Source: a virus
Lineage: Duplodnaviria > Caudoviricetes
DNA length: 64,000 nucleotides
Strand: one strand, 5' to 3'
Virus record (IMG/VR): IMGVR_UViG_3300033120_000868
Span: 64,001 to 128,000 of that record
Shown here piece by piece: positions 21,679-31,839 of the stretch. The translations under genes were made by a program, and so were the position numbers. The number at the start of each line of letters is the position of its first letter. Within the stretch, counting starts at the first letter, position 1. Below the pieces are notes generated by a model. The model ran no database searches and was not told the DNA's origin. It worked only from the letters and a program-made list of their open reading frames with translations.

Positions 21679-24600
21679 ATGGCTTGTAAATTAGTATACA
21701 ACAATGAAGGACAATTTGTGAAGGCTCTAACTCCTGATGGGAGAGAGTCTTCCTTATTTAAACAAATTTTAAGTATTCCGCACATTAGAAGTGTAAAGGA
21801 AGCTTCTGAACTATATGCAAATATTTTCTCTAAGAAAATGTATTCTATTATGGGAGAAAAAGGAGCTCAAAACTTAGATAAAGCTCAAGAAGTTACATTC
21901 CGTATGGATAATCTTCGTATTGCTAAAGAAATGGAGAAAGAAAATAAATCTCCAAAAGAAATAAAATTAGCAACGGGGTGGGAAAGAAGTGAAGTAGATA
22001 ATAAATTCAGGTATGAGATTTTAGACGGAAGTTTTTCTAATTTAAATTATGAAAGAAATCAACCTCATGGTACTTTTACAAACGGAGTAGGTGTCTTACC
22101 TTTATCTGAAATATATCAAAATAAGGAACTATTTGACGCTTATCCAAATATAGAAAATAGTTCTGTAGTCATATACTCAACAGATAACCCTGTATTTGAC
22201 CAAGCTACTATGTTTAATTTTCAAAATACTATATTTATAAATGAAAGAAAATCAATTACCACAAATACCGAAGGACTTCATACCCTCACCAACCAGGGGA
22301 GAAGAGTATTATTACACGAATTATCCCACTCTGTTCAAAATATTGAAGGATTTGGAAGAGGAGATAATCCTGCAACAATGGCAACAAGAATTAAAGATGC
22401 CCTTAATGAATTTAAAAGCGAGAATAAGACAGTTGATGAAATAAAGCCAAATACTATTTTAAACACTTTAAAAAATATAGGTGTTGACTTTTCTTTTGGA
22501 TTAGATGATTTTTCTATAGACTATATAGCACAGAATTATTCTGAAGACTTATACGAAAGAGTTTCAGGAGAAGTTGAAGCAAATAACGTATCAAAAAGAT
22601 TTGGAATGAGTTTAGAAGAAAGAAGAAATTCCCTTTTTTCAGAGACACAAGACGTATCTACAGAAGACCAAATATTTTTAGAAAATAATTTAGGAGTGAG
22701 TTCAAAAGTAGAACCACAACTAAACTTCCAATCAGATAAAGGAAATACATTCAAAACTTTCAAAGAAGCTTTAAAAGATTCTACAGGAGGTGATATGAAC
22801 GTGTTATTTGATGACCAAGTAGTTGGAGTAATTAACAGTGAGCAAAATTTAGATACTTTTGGAGGAACAGTAAACCATTTAATTGCAAGTAATATTTTAT
22901 CAGAAAACACTATTGTAGAAAACGGTAAAGTTTATTTAAAAGCAGAAGGTTTTGACCCTCTAAAACAACTTATTAATGAAGACTACTTAAAAGAATATTT
23001 CCCACTATCAAAAATTACAAGAGACGGTAAAGTGGAAGTATTAGAAAGAGTAGAACCTTCTGTTATTAGAGATGTATTTAGGACTTTCTCGCCAAGTGAA
23101 GGACAACTTTCGGAAGAAACATTAAAAGACAGAATGTTAAATTTCTTAAAAGAGGTTGGCATCACTGTAACTTCTATTGATAATTATGTAAAAGCTTATA
23201 AGATTAGAAATGGTGTTGCACCAGGAGCTGAAGCTATTGCAGACTTTGCTAATCAAGTAATTGCGTTTAAAGATGGAGAAATAGAAATTGACAAACTTTC
23301 AGAAGAAACAGCTCACTTTATTATTGAGAATTGGGATGAAGCTGAGATTAGAAATCTTACACGTAATATTCACAAAACTCAAACTTTTGCTGAGTTCTAT
23401 CAACAATATTATGAGATTTATCAAAGAGAGAATCCTGAAATGTCTGCCGAAGAATTAGATTTTTTCACAAGAAAAGAAATTTTAGGAAAAGAGTTAGCAA
23501 AAAGTTTACAAGATAGATTTGATGCTACAAATAAAGAGCCTAACATTCTTAAAAGAATTTATGAACTTTTTGCTAAATTTATCAGTAGTTTAACAACTCA
23601 AGGTAATTATAAAGCTCAGTTAGAAGATTTAACTGAGAAGGTTGATGATTTATTATTAAGAAAAGATGCAGGAGCTGTTTTTCAATTGAAAAATAAAAAG
23701 TTTAGAATGTACTCATTGCCTCAAACTAATGTAGTTAAGGCGGTAGCGGAACAAGAAAAACTTTTAGCAAGAACAGGGCAAGGCTCTAATAAAACAGCAA
23801 AAGAGGTTTTGGATAGCGTTTCAAAAGCCGCGGAAAAAGCTACAACGGATAGTGTAGTTACTTTAGCTAAAAGACAGGTAAAATATGTTAAAGAAGCCGT
23901 AGATGCAGCCGTTAGAAGAGGAAGACCTCTTTCAACAGAAGAGTCATTAGTTTTAAACAACTTAACTCATGCGGTTAGACCTGCTTTAGAAGGATTACAA
24001 GCTTTTATAAAGAATAAGTCGGAATATAAAAAACAAGCAGACGTAGTTGAAAAAACTTTATCTGAGATTTCTATGATTTCAGGCTCTTATAATAACGCGG
24101 AAAACAATTTAGTAGACCAATTATTAGACAGAATTATTGAAAGAAATCCTGGATTAGAAAGTAAAAGAGACCAATTAAAAGCAGAAATAGAAACAGTACA
24201 AAGGGATACTAATTACATGTATTCTTACTTTGGACAGGTTTCTCACGCTTCTGACCCAATTCTACAAATGTTAGCTGTTGTAGGTAGTGATATTTACAAT
24301 GAAGCGAGGATAAACTATAACGAGCGTCAAATGGCGTTTAATAGAAAAATAAAAGAACTAGGATTTGTAGAAAGAGATGTGAACAAGTTAGTTGGCAGTG
24401 ATGGTCATATTATCTCTAAGTGGGATTTTGAAGAATTTGCAGAATTTGAAAGATATGCAAGAGGTAAAGCTTATTTAGATAATGTTGATGCTATTATAGC
24501 AGATTTAGAATCAAGACCTGTAGAAAACCAAGATAATTTAGAAGAGCATAAAGCTTATAAAGCAATGTCTCAAGAAGAGTTTTTAGAAAAATTTGAATAT

Positions 24601-27600
24601 TTCCCTGCAATTACAAATAAAGTTTTGGCAGCAAGAACTTCAGCTCAAGCAACAGAGATTATAAATCAAGGAGAAGAAACTACTTTATCAGACGAAGAAG
24701 TACAAAAGAGAATTACAAACAATGCAAATTTAAGTGATGTAACTAAAGCTACAATAAGAGGCTTTATGGAGACAAGAGCTATGATTCGTAAAAACATGAA
24801 AACTTCTTCTTCAGGCACTAAAATTTATACGTTACAGAACAGACACGATATGGAGTATTTGAATATGGAGCGTAGAAAAGCTATGTCAATTTATAAGACA
24901 GAAAACGCTAAGGAAGTTAAGCAAGGACTATCCACTTCAACTGCCAAAATTGGGCAAGAAAATTTATTTTTAGAAATTGAAAATCAGTATTTAAATTTAG
25001 ATAGAGCTAACGCGTCGGATGAAGCAATTATAGCTTTTGAAATGCTAAGACAGCAGAAAGAGTTCATGTCTAAAAACACTTCAAGACTTTCAGGAGTTAC
25101 AGAAAAATTCATGCAGGATTTAGAAGATATGGAAAAAGACCCTGAAGTGACAAGAGAAGATTTAATAGATTTTATTAAACTTAACACTTCTGTAGGGTTT
25201 TCTGATTCATTTTTTGAAGGGGAATTTACTTCTGTTTTTGATACAATAGAGAATGATGTAAATACACCTGATGAGTTACAAGACACTTTAATTTTATATA
25301 AGGAAGCTTTAAAAGAAAGAAAAGCTATTTTAGCTAGGTATAGAGACCCAAACAATGCAACAAATGTTTTGACCCATAACATGAATGATTTAGATTTGTA
25401 TAACCTTGAACAACTTACAATAGAGTTAGAGGGACAAACTAAAACATTACTGGACTATGCTAAAAAACAAGGATTAACTTCAGAGCAAGCAGAAAAAAGA
25501 ACAGTAAAAGCTCCAAATGAGTCTTATTATGAGGAATTGAAAACTCAAAATTTAGAAGATTTTGAAGATATATACAGTTTTACTATAAAACACATGACTC
25601 CAAAAGCTAAAATGGCTGTAGGGGCGTATAAATTAGCAATTGAATCAGGGAATATTCCTGAAAGAATGGAGTCTTTAGTTGTAGAATATGGGGCTAATGA
25701 AGAAGGTATTTTAAAATATGCTCAATCTAAAATGCTACCATATTACAGTTCAAATTCTCCTATAGGATTAGTAGAGTTTTATGACAATTTAAGAAATTCT
25801 CAAACAGCAGTTTCTGACCTTGTAAAAGGGTTAGATGCAGACCCTGATGTAAGACTTTCAGTTTCTTATGATTATTCTGATAGTACTTCTGATGAAGCTT
25901 TAAATAAATTTAAAGACCCTGATTTTAGAGCCAACACAAGAGAGCCGTCTTTAAGAAAACCTGCTCCTACAGTATTTGGAAAAACATTCGATTTTAATAA
26001 TAAGGAGTATAGTAAATTAACTCCTCAATTATTAGAATTGCAAAAAGCTTACTTAGACTTTCAAGAAGAAAATTTAAAAGGTTATGGTGTAGAAGCAAAT
26101 TATAATATATATAAACTACCTCAAGTAGAAAGAGCAAATTTAGATAAGCTTAAAGGGTTTGGTAAAGACACAAAAGCTACTTTTAAGGAGTATGTGGAAA
26201 GGATAACAACTCATAGAGTAGATGAGCAGGATTTTGGAGCAGATAGAGAAATGTTTAATGCGGGTATAAAAACAATACCTAAAAAATATTTAAGTAAATT
26301 AAACAAAGAAGAAGTATCGACAGATTTATTATATTCTTCAGCTTTACTTGCACAACAAGTAGAATTATATAAAGCAAGAGTTAAATATTTTGGAGAAATT
26401 TCAGCTTTAGAGAAGAAGTTACAGTCAAGACAGTTTATTGGAGGAAAACCTGTACAATCTTCAAATACTTATGCTATGTTTAAGTCGGCTGTAGACAATA
26501 TGATGTTTGGAATACAAGAGACTCAACAGATGAGAGTTAGCGTTCCAATTTTAAATAAGGAGGTAGACTTATCTAAGGTTTTAAGAACCTTGCAAAGATA
26601 CGTATCTAATCTGAGTTTAGCATTTAATCCTATTGTACCAGCAACTTCCATGCTAACAGCTATGTCAGCTTATGTAGCTGAACCATTTATAAAACAGTAT
26701 ATAGACCCTGAAAGTTACAAGAAAGGGTCTATGACAGCTAAAAAATGGATGGGAGCAAGTATGAAGGATACAGGAAGTATTGATGTAAAATCGGATGCTG
26801 TAGCTGTAGGAAATCATTTTGGTATTTTTGATTTAGCTCAAAGGTATAAGAATGCAAATTATGAAAAGTTTGTGAGAACAGCAGTTGGTAACGCTTCTTA
26901 TGGATTACACACAGTAGGTAATTTTATACCGCTAACTCAAGCTGTCGCAGTAACGCTTACAGCGCATAGATTTAGTAATAATAAATTAATTACAAGAAAA
27001 GAGTTTGCAGGAACAGATGTTGAATGGGGCAGATTAAAAAGTGTAGCTGATTACATAGAAAATAGTAATGGGGAGATGACTTACAACTCAGAAATGTTAA
27101 GAGAAAACGGCATAACACCTGAACAGTGGAAAAACATTGAGTTAGGGCTTATGTCAAGAGTTGGTAAGATTGTTGAACGAATTGATGGGCAGATTAAAAC
27201 TCAAGATAGAACAGTAGCGCAAAGAAATTTCTTACTGTCTTGGAGTATGCTTCATAAGGGGTGGTTAGCAATCGGTACAGCTAATGCTTTTAAAGGAAAG
27301 CAGATTAATATGTTAACAGGTCAAGTTGAGCAAGGAAAATATACAGGAGCATTAAGTTGGGCGATGAAATCAGCAGGTCAAAAATTTAATATTAAGAATA
27401 TTAAAGATAAGTACGGAGAAGTAGATGAGGCTGATAAAGTTTCAGCAAGAAGAGTTTTAGTAGAGTCAGGGGTTTTAATGATATTAACTATTTTAGGATT
27501 TTTTATAGCGGCAGGTGCTGACGACGATGAAGAAAGTACAACAAAACAGCTTGCAAATTATTTAGCTTTAAGAACTAAAAATGAAACAATTTCTTCTCAA

Positions 27601-27918
27601 GCAGGTATTATTGGGGAGATATACAAATCTTTAGCATCCCCTTTAGTAGGACTTTCAAGAGTTAAAAATATTGCTACTTTTTGGCACGTATTTGATTCAG
27701 ACGAAGTAAAGACAGGCAGATATGCAGGATTAACAGGTACTGAACAATATATAATTCAAGCTATTCCTGGTTTAAAAGCTGCTTATGATGTAGCTTCACC
27801 TAAGAATATTAAAACACAAGCGAACACTTATGACCATTTTAATAAAGAAAACGAGGTATTTAACATATTCAGTGTTATGTTAAACGAAATTGAAGAAGAA
27901 GACGAGAATGAAGAGTAA
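21679..27918 (+). CDS. Giant polyvalent virion protein C (2079 aa): LPD23-like + zincin, helical body, C-terminal hydrophobic segment
   Basis: ATGWER..DNKFRYEI, ELFDAYP, LLHELSHSVQNIEGFGRG, GEVEANNV; degenerate EETAH; TM-like VLMILTILGFFIAAGA. Confidence 0.65.
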   Translation: MACKLVYNNEGQFVKALTPDGRESSLFKQILSIPHIRSVKEASELYANIFSKKMYSIMGEKGAQNLDKAQEVTFRMDNLRIAKEMEKENKSPKEIKLATGWERSEVDNKFRYEILDGSFSNLNYERNQPHGTFTNGVGVLPLSEIYQNKELFDAYPNIENSSVVIYSTDNPVFDQATMFNFQNTIFINERKSITTNTEGLHTLTNQGRRVLLHELSHSVQNIEGFGRGDNPATMATRIKDALNEFKSENKTVDEIKPNTILNTLKNIGVDFSFGLDDFSIDYIAQNYSEDLYERVSGEVEANNVSKRFGMSLEERRNSLFSETQDVSTEDQIFLENNLGVSSKVEPQLNFQSDKGNTFKTFKEALKDSTGGDMNVLFDDQVVGVINSEQNLDTFGGTVNHLIASNILSENTIVENGKVYLKAEGFDPLKQLINEDYLKEYFPLSKITRDGKVEVLERVEPSVIRDVFRTFSPSEGQLSEETLKDRMLNFLKEVGITVTSIDNYVKAYKIRNGVAPGAEAIADFANQVIAFKDGEIEIDKLSEETAHFIIENWDEAEIRNLTRNIHKTQTFAEFYQQYYEIYQRENPEMSAEELDFFTRKEILGKELAKSLQDRFDATNKEPNILKRIYELFAKFISSLTTQGNYKAQLEDLTEKVDDLLLRKDAGAVFQLKNKKFRMYSLPQTNVVKAVAEQEKLLARTGQGSNKTAKEVLDSVSKAAEKATTDSVVTLAKRQVKYVKEAVDAAVRRGRPLSTEESLVLNNLTHAVRPALEGLQAFIKNKSEYKKQADVVEKTLSEISMISGSYNNAENNLVDQLLDRIIERNPGLESKRDQLKAEIETVQRDTNYMYSYFGQVSHASDPILQMLAVVGSDIYNEARINYNERQMAFNRKIKELGFVERDVNKLVGSDGHIISKWDFEEFAEFERYARGKAYLDNVDAIIADLESRPVENQDNLEEHKAYKAMSQEEFLEKFEYFPAITNKVLAARTSAQATEIINQGEETTLSDEEVQKRITNNANLSDVTKATIRGFMETRAMIRKNMKTSSSGTKIYTLQNRHDMEYLNMERRKAMSIYKTENAKEVKQGLSTSTAKIGQENLFLEIENQYLNLDRANASDEAIIAFEMLRQQKEFMSKNTSRLSGVTEKFMQDLEDMEKDPEVTREDLIDFIKLNTSVGFSDSFFEGEFTSVFDTIENDVNTPDELQDTLILYKEALKERKAILARYRDPNNATNVLTHNMNDLDLYNLEQLTIELEGQTKTLLDYAKKQGLTSEQAEKRTVKAPNESYYEELKTQNLEDFEDIYSFTIKHMTPKAKMAVGAYKLAIESGNIPERMESLVVEYGANEEGILKYAQSKMLPYYSSNSPIGLVEFYDNLRNSQTAVSDLVKGLDADPDVRLSVSYDYSDSTSDEALNKFKDPDFRANTREPSLRKPAPTVFGKTFDFNNKEYSKLTPQLLELQKAYLDFQEENLKGYGVEANYNIYKLPQVERANLDKLKGFGKDTKATFKEYVERITTHRVDEQDFGADREMFNAGIKTIPKKYLSKLNKEEVSTDLLYSSALLAQQVELYKARVKYFGEISALEKKLQSRQFIGGKPVQSSNTYAMFKSAVDNMMFGIQETQQMRVSVPILNKEVDLSKVLRTLQRYVSNLSLAFNPIVPATSMLTAMSAYVAEPFIKQYIDPESYKKGSMTAKKWMGASMKDTGSIDVKSDAVAVGNHFGIFDLAQRYKNANYEKFVRTAVGNASYGLHTVGNFIPLTQAVAVTLTAHRFSNNKLITRKEFAGTDVEWGRLKSVADYIENSNGEMTYNSEMLRENGITPEQWKNIELGLMSRVGKIVERIDGQIKTQDRTVAQRNFLLSWSMLHKGWLAIGTANAFKGKQINMLTGQVEQGKYTGALSWAMKSAGQKFNIKNIKDKYGEVDEADKVSARRVLVESGVLMILTILGFFIAAGADDDEESTTKQLANYLALRTKNETISSQAGIIGEIYKSLASPLVGLSRVKNIATFWHVFDSDEVKTGRYAGLTGTEQYIIQAIPGLKAAYDVASPKNIKTQANTYDHFNKENEVFNIFSVMLNEIEEEDENEE

Positions 27919-27925
27919 GATTAAG

Positions 27926-27951
27926 GAGAGGCTAACAACCTCTCTTTTTTT
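27926..27951 (+). terminator. Rho-independent terminator ending the late module
   Basis: GAGAGG-CTAACAA-CCTCTC followed by T7. Confidence 0.75.
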
Positions 27952-27982
27952 ATGAACTAAATGGAAAATTTTTGCTGTTTTA

Positions 27983-28014
27983 TTTGCATATATGAAAACT
28001 TTTTTGTATCTTTG
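27983..28014 (+). promoter_or_regulatory. Bacteroidetes sigma-A promoter
   Basis: TTTG 27983-27986, 20 nt, TATCTTTG 28007-28014. Confidence 0.75.
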
Positions 28015-28033
28015 CGTTTTAAATAATTAAAGT

Positions 28034-28309
28034 ATGACAGTAGAAAAACAAATAGACGAATTAACTAAAGAAACCTTTAGATTTTGGATAAATGGTAATA
28101 TAATTGTATTGGATGCTTATTACCTTTTTTCGCGCGAAAATAAAAGAAAAAGAAATTATAATTTTGTAAAAAGATATGAAAGACTATCAGATAGAAACTC
28201 TTTCACACCTTTACAAGAAGTACCTCTTACAGAAGAAATAAAAACAGAAGTTTTACAAGAGTATTTTAAAACTTTAAAAGTGATGACTTGGGAAGAATAT
28301 AAAAAATAA
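28034..28309 (+). CDS. Hypothetical protein
   Basis: First ORF after a promoter, A-rich start context. Confidence 0.6.
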   Translation: MTVEKQIDELTKETFRFWINGNIIVLDAYYLFSRENKRKRNYNFVKRYERLSDRNSFTPLQEVPLTEEIKTEVLQEYFKTLKVMTWEEYKK

Positions 28310-28313
28310 AATT

Positions 28314-28877
28314 ATGGAAATACAAAAAGCATATAAGTTAGTAGTAGACAACTTATTATTAGATGAGCCTTATCACTATGAAGCCCCAATTGTTTATGCA
28401 AAAACAGCAGGGGAAGCTAAATCTAAAGGTATCAAATATTTTTACGATTACAGAGTAGAAGATATGTATGACTACGGAAGATATAATGAAAGAGAGATAA
28501 CTTTCACAGATATAAAGGCTAAGAGGGATAAGAACAGTGATAAATTCTTATATAAAGACCAATGGGAAACAAGAGAAAGAATCTCTCAACTTGAATGGGA
28601 AGATAAAAGAGATGAAGAAGCAAAACAAATTTGGTTAGATAATCCTGATGGAATTGCTGTTGTATGGGCAGGATGTTATAACAGTTATTGGGGTGCAAAT
28701 CATGCAGGATATTATTCAAATATAATTAATGCTGGAAAATACTCAACAAAAGAAGCTTATGATATTGTTAGAGGTTCAGATTACTCTCGCCAAGAAAAAG
28801 TAGTTTTACTTAATAAAGAAGAGTATAATAATAAAATAATGGAAAAAGCGCATCAACTTTTAAATAGTATGGTATAA
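28314..28877 (+). CDS. Hypothetical protein
   Basis: 187 aa, tightly packed in operon. Confidence 0.65.
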   Translation: MEIQKAYKLVVDNLLLDEPYHYEAPIVYAKTAGEAKSKGIKYFYDYRVEDMYDYGRYNEREITFTDIKAKRDKNSDKFLYKDQWETRERISQLEWEDKRDEEAKQIWLDNPDGIAVVWAGCYNSYWGANHAGYYSNIINAGKYSTKEAYDIVRGSDYSRQEKVVLLNKEEYNNKIMEKAHQLLNSMV

Positions 28878-29101
28878 TGAAAAAAGAAGACATCAGAAAA
28901 GCTTTTGAAGAAGTGTTTAACAACTCTAAAACACAAACAGAAAGAGAGTTTAAAGGTGTAAGAGGTTGTATAACTTATAGATATAAAGACATTATGGATT
29001 TTAGTCATTGTGGAAATGAAGAGTGTCCAAGTTGTAGTTTAGTTACGAAAGCTTTTAGAGAAGAAGTAGAACGACAAATATTTAAACCTTATGAAAAATA
29101 A
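28877..29101 (+). CDS. Hypothetical small Cys-containing protein
   Basis: TAATG coupling; HCGNEECPSC. Confidence 0.55.
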   Translation: MKKEDIRKAFEEVFNNSKTQTEREFKGVRGCITYRYKDIMDFSHCGNEECPSCSLVTKAFREEVERQIFKPYEK

Positions 29102-29187
29102 ACCGCAAGATAAAAACAGAACTCCTTACTACAAATGGGATAAGAAAAGAGGATTCACAATAGCAGGTTATATAACAGAAGGCAAAG

Positions 29188-29574
29188 ATGGAAAAACCAA
29201 CAGTTAGAGTAGGAATAGTTGGTTCACGCTCAATTACATCTTCAGAATATGTTTTTTCTGTTCTTGATTTTTATTTGTCGCGACTTTTAGAAGAAAATGA
29301 AGTTGTTATAGTGTCAGGAGACCAAAAGAAAGGTGTTGATGGATATGCTAAAACTTACGCAGAAAAACGTGGTTTAAAATATATAGGGTTTCCCCCAAGA
29401 TACGATTTATATCACGTAAAAAGAGCACCTCTTGAAAGAAATACAGAAATAGTAAATGAAAGTGATTACCTAATCGCGATACAAGAAAATAATTCACGAG
29501 GAACTCAAGATTCTATAGATAAAGCTAAAAAGAAAGGAATACCAATTAAAATTATTCAGTATGAGAACAGGTAA
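29188..29574 (+). CDS. SLOG-superfamily (DprA/DUF2493-like) nucleotide-binding protein
   Basis: VGIVGSR, IVSG..GVD..A, RNTEIV..SD.LIA, SRGT..I..AKK.G motifs. Confidence 0.75.
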   Translation: MEKPTVRVGIVGSRSITSSEYVFSVLDFYLSRLLEENEVVIVSGDQKKGVDGYAKTYAEKRGLKYIGFPPRYDLYHVKRAPLERNTEIVNESDYLIAIQENNSRGTQDSIDKAKKKGIPIKIIQYENR

Positions 29575-29821
29575 AACACACGTACAAATATCAATGTTAG
29601 CTAAATCTTTAAATGAAGATAAATTAGTTTTTGTAGCGGGAATGAAAGACCCAAAAGACTATACAGAAAGATTCTTCAGAGATTTTGGAATAGCAGTGAT
29701 AACAGAACCACACTACATAACAAAAGATACGGAATTAGTTTTAGAAGATGTTCCTCCTTATAGAGCGTGGGAAACAAAATATGAACCTCAATTAACAGGA
29801 TATGAATTTAAGAAGATATGA
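29561..29821 (+). CDS. Hypothetical protein
   Basis: Overlapping operon ORF. Confidence 0.55.
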   Translation: MRTGKTHVQISMLAKSLNEDKLVFVAGMKDPKDYTERFFRDFGIAVITEPHYITKDTELVLEDVPPYRAWETKYEPQLTGYEFKKI

Positions 29822-30285
29822 AAAGTAAAACAGCACAAAGAATATTAGAAGAAACGCCTGAAGAAACCAAAGATAGGGTAAGAACTTTAACGAATAGAGA
29901 ACTTGAACTTTTACAGATAGGGTTCAGATATAATGAACATCAGTTGGAATATACACTTTCAAAGTATGATGTTTTATACAGAGTAGAAATTTGGAAGCTT
30001 TCAGACTATGATGACCATAAATGGAGTATTCTTATGGAAGATATCTGTTATGACCTACAAATGGTTAAAAAGCAGTACTATGATGATTTAAAACGCCATT
30101 CGGCTTATACTTTCGCGCAAAAAGAAATAAAACAGCAAATTTTAGACTTAAAAAACAAATACAAATCTCACCTACAAGAAGAAACAAACTGTAAGATAGG
30201 AAAGAATACAAACTTTGTAAAAGAAACAGAACTAAAAGTTAAAATAAGTACTTTAATCGAGTTAGAAAATAAATTAGGATTATAA
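29818..30285 (+). CDS. Hypothetical protein
   Basis: ATGA coupling; ends at the terminator. Confidence 0.6.
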   Translation: MKSKTAQRILEETPEETKDRVRTLTNRELELLQIGFRYNEHQLEYTLSKYDVLYRVEIWKLSDYDDHKWSILMEDICYDLQMVKKQYYDDLKRHSAYTFAQKEIKQQILDLKNKYKSHLQEETNCKIGKNTNFVKETELKVKISTLIELENKLGL

Positions 30286-30292
30286 AAACAAG

Positions 30293-30324
30293 AAAGCCCA
30301 AGGATAATTCTCCAAGGGCTTTTT
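30293..30324. terminator. Bidirectional terminator between convergent arms
   Basis: AAAGCCC…GGGCTTTTT inverted repeat between convergent stop codons. Confidence 0.7.
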
Positions 30325-30588
30325 CTATTTCAACTCTTTTACATTAATATTACCTAAACTAAATATATCCTTTAAGTGAGAATACTCTAAGAATTGCGGG
30401 AAAGAAAATAATAAATCATCTCCACGTTTCATAACTTCATTATCAAAAAATCTTAACCTAACGTTATATCCATCTGTTTCAATATACATTAACGTATCGT
30501 TATTCTTAATAGTTATTAATTTCTGCAAGAAACTCATTTTGTTAAACCTTTCCGATAGAGTTCTGTATTGTTCAACTGTGTAAGTCAT
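30325..30588 (-). CDS. Hypothetical protein
   Basis: Packed minus-strand ORF. Confidence 0.55.
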   Translation of the reverse strand: MTYTVEQYRTLSERFNKMSFLQKLITIKNNDTLMYIETDGYNVRLRFFDNEVMKRGDDLLFSFPQFLEYSHLKDIFSLGNINVKELK

Positions 30589-30772
30589 CTCTTAAATTTA
30601 TTAGTAAATCATATCGTTCTAATTTAATCATTTCTCTTTCTAAATCTTCTTTATATTGTATTTTCGAGGAAAAATTACCAAAACAGTCAATATATTTCCA
30701 ATAGTTAAACTCATCCAAAGACATCTCTTCAAGAACTTTATCTTTTATTTGTAGGTATTGAATTTCAAGCAT
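30572..30772 (-). CDS. Hypothetical protein
   Basis: Packed ORF; C-terminus weakly UVR-like (ERYDLL..LRD). Confidence 0.5.
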   Translation of the reverse strand: MLEIQYLQIKDKVLEEMSLDEFNYWKYIDCFGNFSSKIQYKEDLEREMIKLERYDLLINLRDDLHS

Positions 30773-30775
30773 AAT

Positions 30776-31099
30776 TTAATAAGCTGTTGTAGCCACCATA
30801 TCTGTATATTTAGCTGTTTTTAAATAATCCGCAAAAGATTCAATAATTAAATAACCACTACAAAAATCATCTTCTGTTAAATTGCCATAGTACTCATCCC
30901 AATCAGGTTCTGATACATCTAAATCTAAAATATAACTATTTTCTAACTCCTTCTTAGTTAAGGCTTTTACAAGAGTATCTTCAAAAGAATTAATACCTGT
31001 TTCAGAAGAGTAAAAGTCTCTTGCTTTTTTAATGTTAGGAGCACAAACCCAATCAGTGTCTCCTCCTTTTACATTATGTTCAAATTCATAAATTTTCAT
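30776..31099 (-). CDS. Hypothetical acidic protein
   Basis: Packed ORF. Confidence 0.6.
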   Translation of the reverse strand: MKIYEFEHNVKGGDTDWVCAPNIKKARDFYSSETGINSFEDTLVKALTKKELENSYILDLDVSEPDWDEYYGNLTEDDFCSGYLIIESFADYLKTAKYTDMVATTAY

Positions 31100-31439
31100 A
31101 ATCTTTCATATATTTTTTAATTTTCACTAATTCACTCATCCTATAATCATATTGAGAGCTCAAATCAATCTCCATATTTAAGTCCTCTTCCATTTTTTCT
31201 TTGCTTAAATTATTTTCGCGCAAAAAAGATAAAACAGAAAGACAAAATTTAGAAGACTCTTTACTCCAATATCTATTACGCTTTCTTTCATTAGCTTTTT
31301 CCAACCATCCTGAGTCCTTTATAGCCACTCTTTTAATCCAATCAACATTAGACTCATCTGACCTTCTTTTATACCATCCAGGAGGCTTTAATTCAGCTAA
31401 GAAATCATTCCAACTTATGTTATCCTTCAGTTCTATCAT
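31086..31439 (-). CDS. Hypothetical protein, possible degenerate HTH C-terminus
   Basis: LRENNLSKEKMEEDL resembles the start of an XRE-HTH. Confidence 0.5.
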   Translation of the reverse strand: MIELKDNISWNDFLAELKPPGWYKRRSDESNVDWIKRVAIKDSGWLEKANERKRNRYWSKESSKFCLSVLSFLRENNLSKEKMEEDLNMEIDLSSQYDYRMSELVKIKKYMKDYENL

Positions 31440-31641
31440 CTCTTAACCTTTTACCTTTATTTTTATTATAATCTGTATTAATAAATATTAAATCTTTAAC
31501 ATCAGTCCAAAAATCTTTTTTAGAAGCTCTCGTTTTCAATCTTGCTTTATCTCCTTTTACTTCTATCAATACAAACCTCATTGCTGGATGTGATTGCCAA
31601 GTAGTGTGGTAGTTACAACCAATTATTAGTTCATTTTCCAT
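31420..31641 (-). CDS. Hypothetical protein
   Basis: Packed ORF. Confidence 0.55.
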   Translation of the reverse strand: MENELIIGCNYHTTWQSHPAMRFVLIEVKGDKARLKTRASKKDFWTDVKDLIFINTDYNKNKGKRLRDDRTEG

Positions 31642-31644
31642 ATA

Positions 31645-31836
31645 CTAAATCACTTCCTTTAAATACTCAATTATATCTTTCAAACATTTCTGCTCACCAT
31701 ATTGCCTACTCTCAGAAAAAGAGTTCATAGCAAAAGGTTCTTTAATACACTTTTCTAATTCCGTTATTAACTCATCTCTAAAATCATAGGCTGATGTATC
31801 AACACCTCCGCCTAATTCTACTCCTAATACTTTCAT
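31645..31836 (-). CDS. Hypothetical protein
   Basis: Packed ORF. Confidence 0.5.
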   Translation of the reverse strand: MKVLGVELGGGVDTSAYDFRDELITELEKCIKEPFAMNSFSESRQYGEQKCLKDIIEYLKEVI

Positions 31837-31839
31837 AGT

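Noticed and set aside
2-25382. Short antisense ORFs inside the large + genes (and + ORFs inside the minus arm)
   Set aside because: Shadow frames fully overlapping well-supported genes, with no motifs or promoters
10409-27918. crAss-type virion RNA polymerase
   Set aside because: No DFDxD/DxDGD catalytic motif; DFAVDFD in protein B lacks the right context
1-30285. Stop-codon reassignment as seen in some crAss-like phages
   Set aside because: Very long ORFs are intact under code 11 and coding density is high
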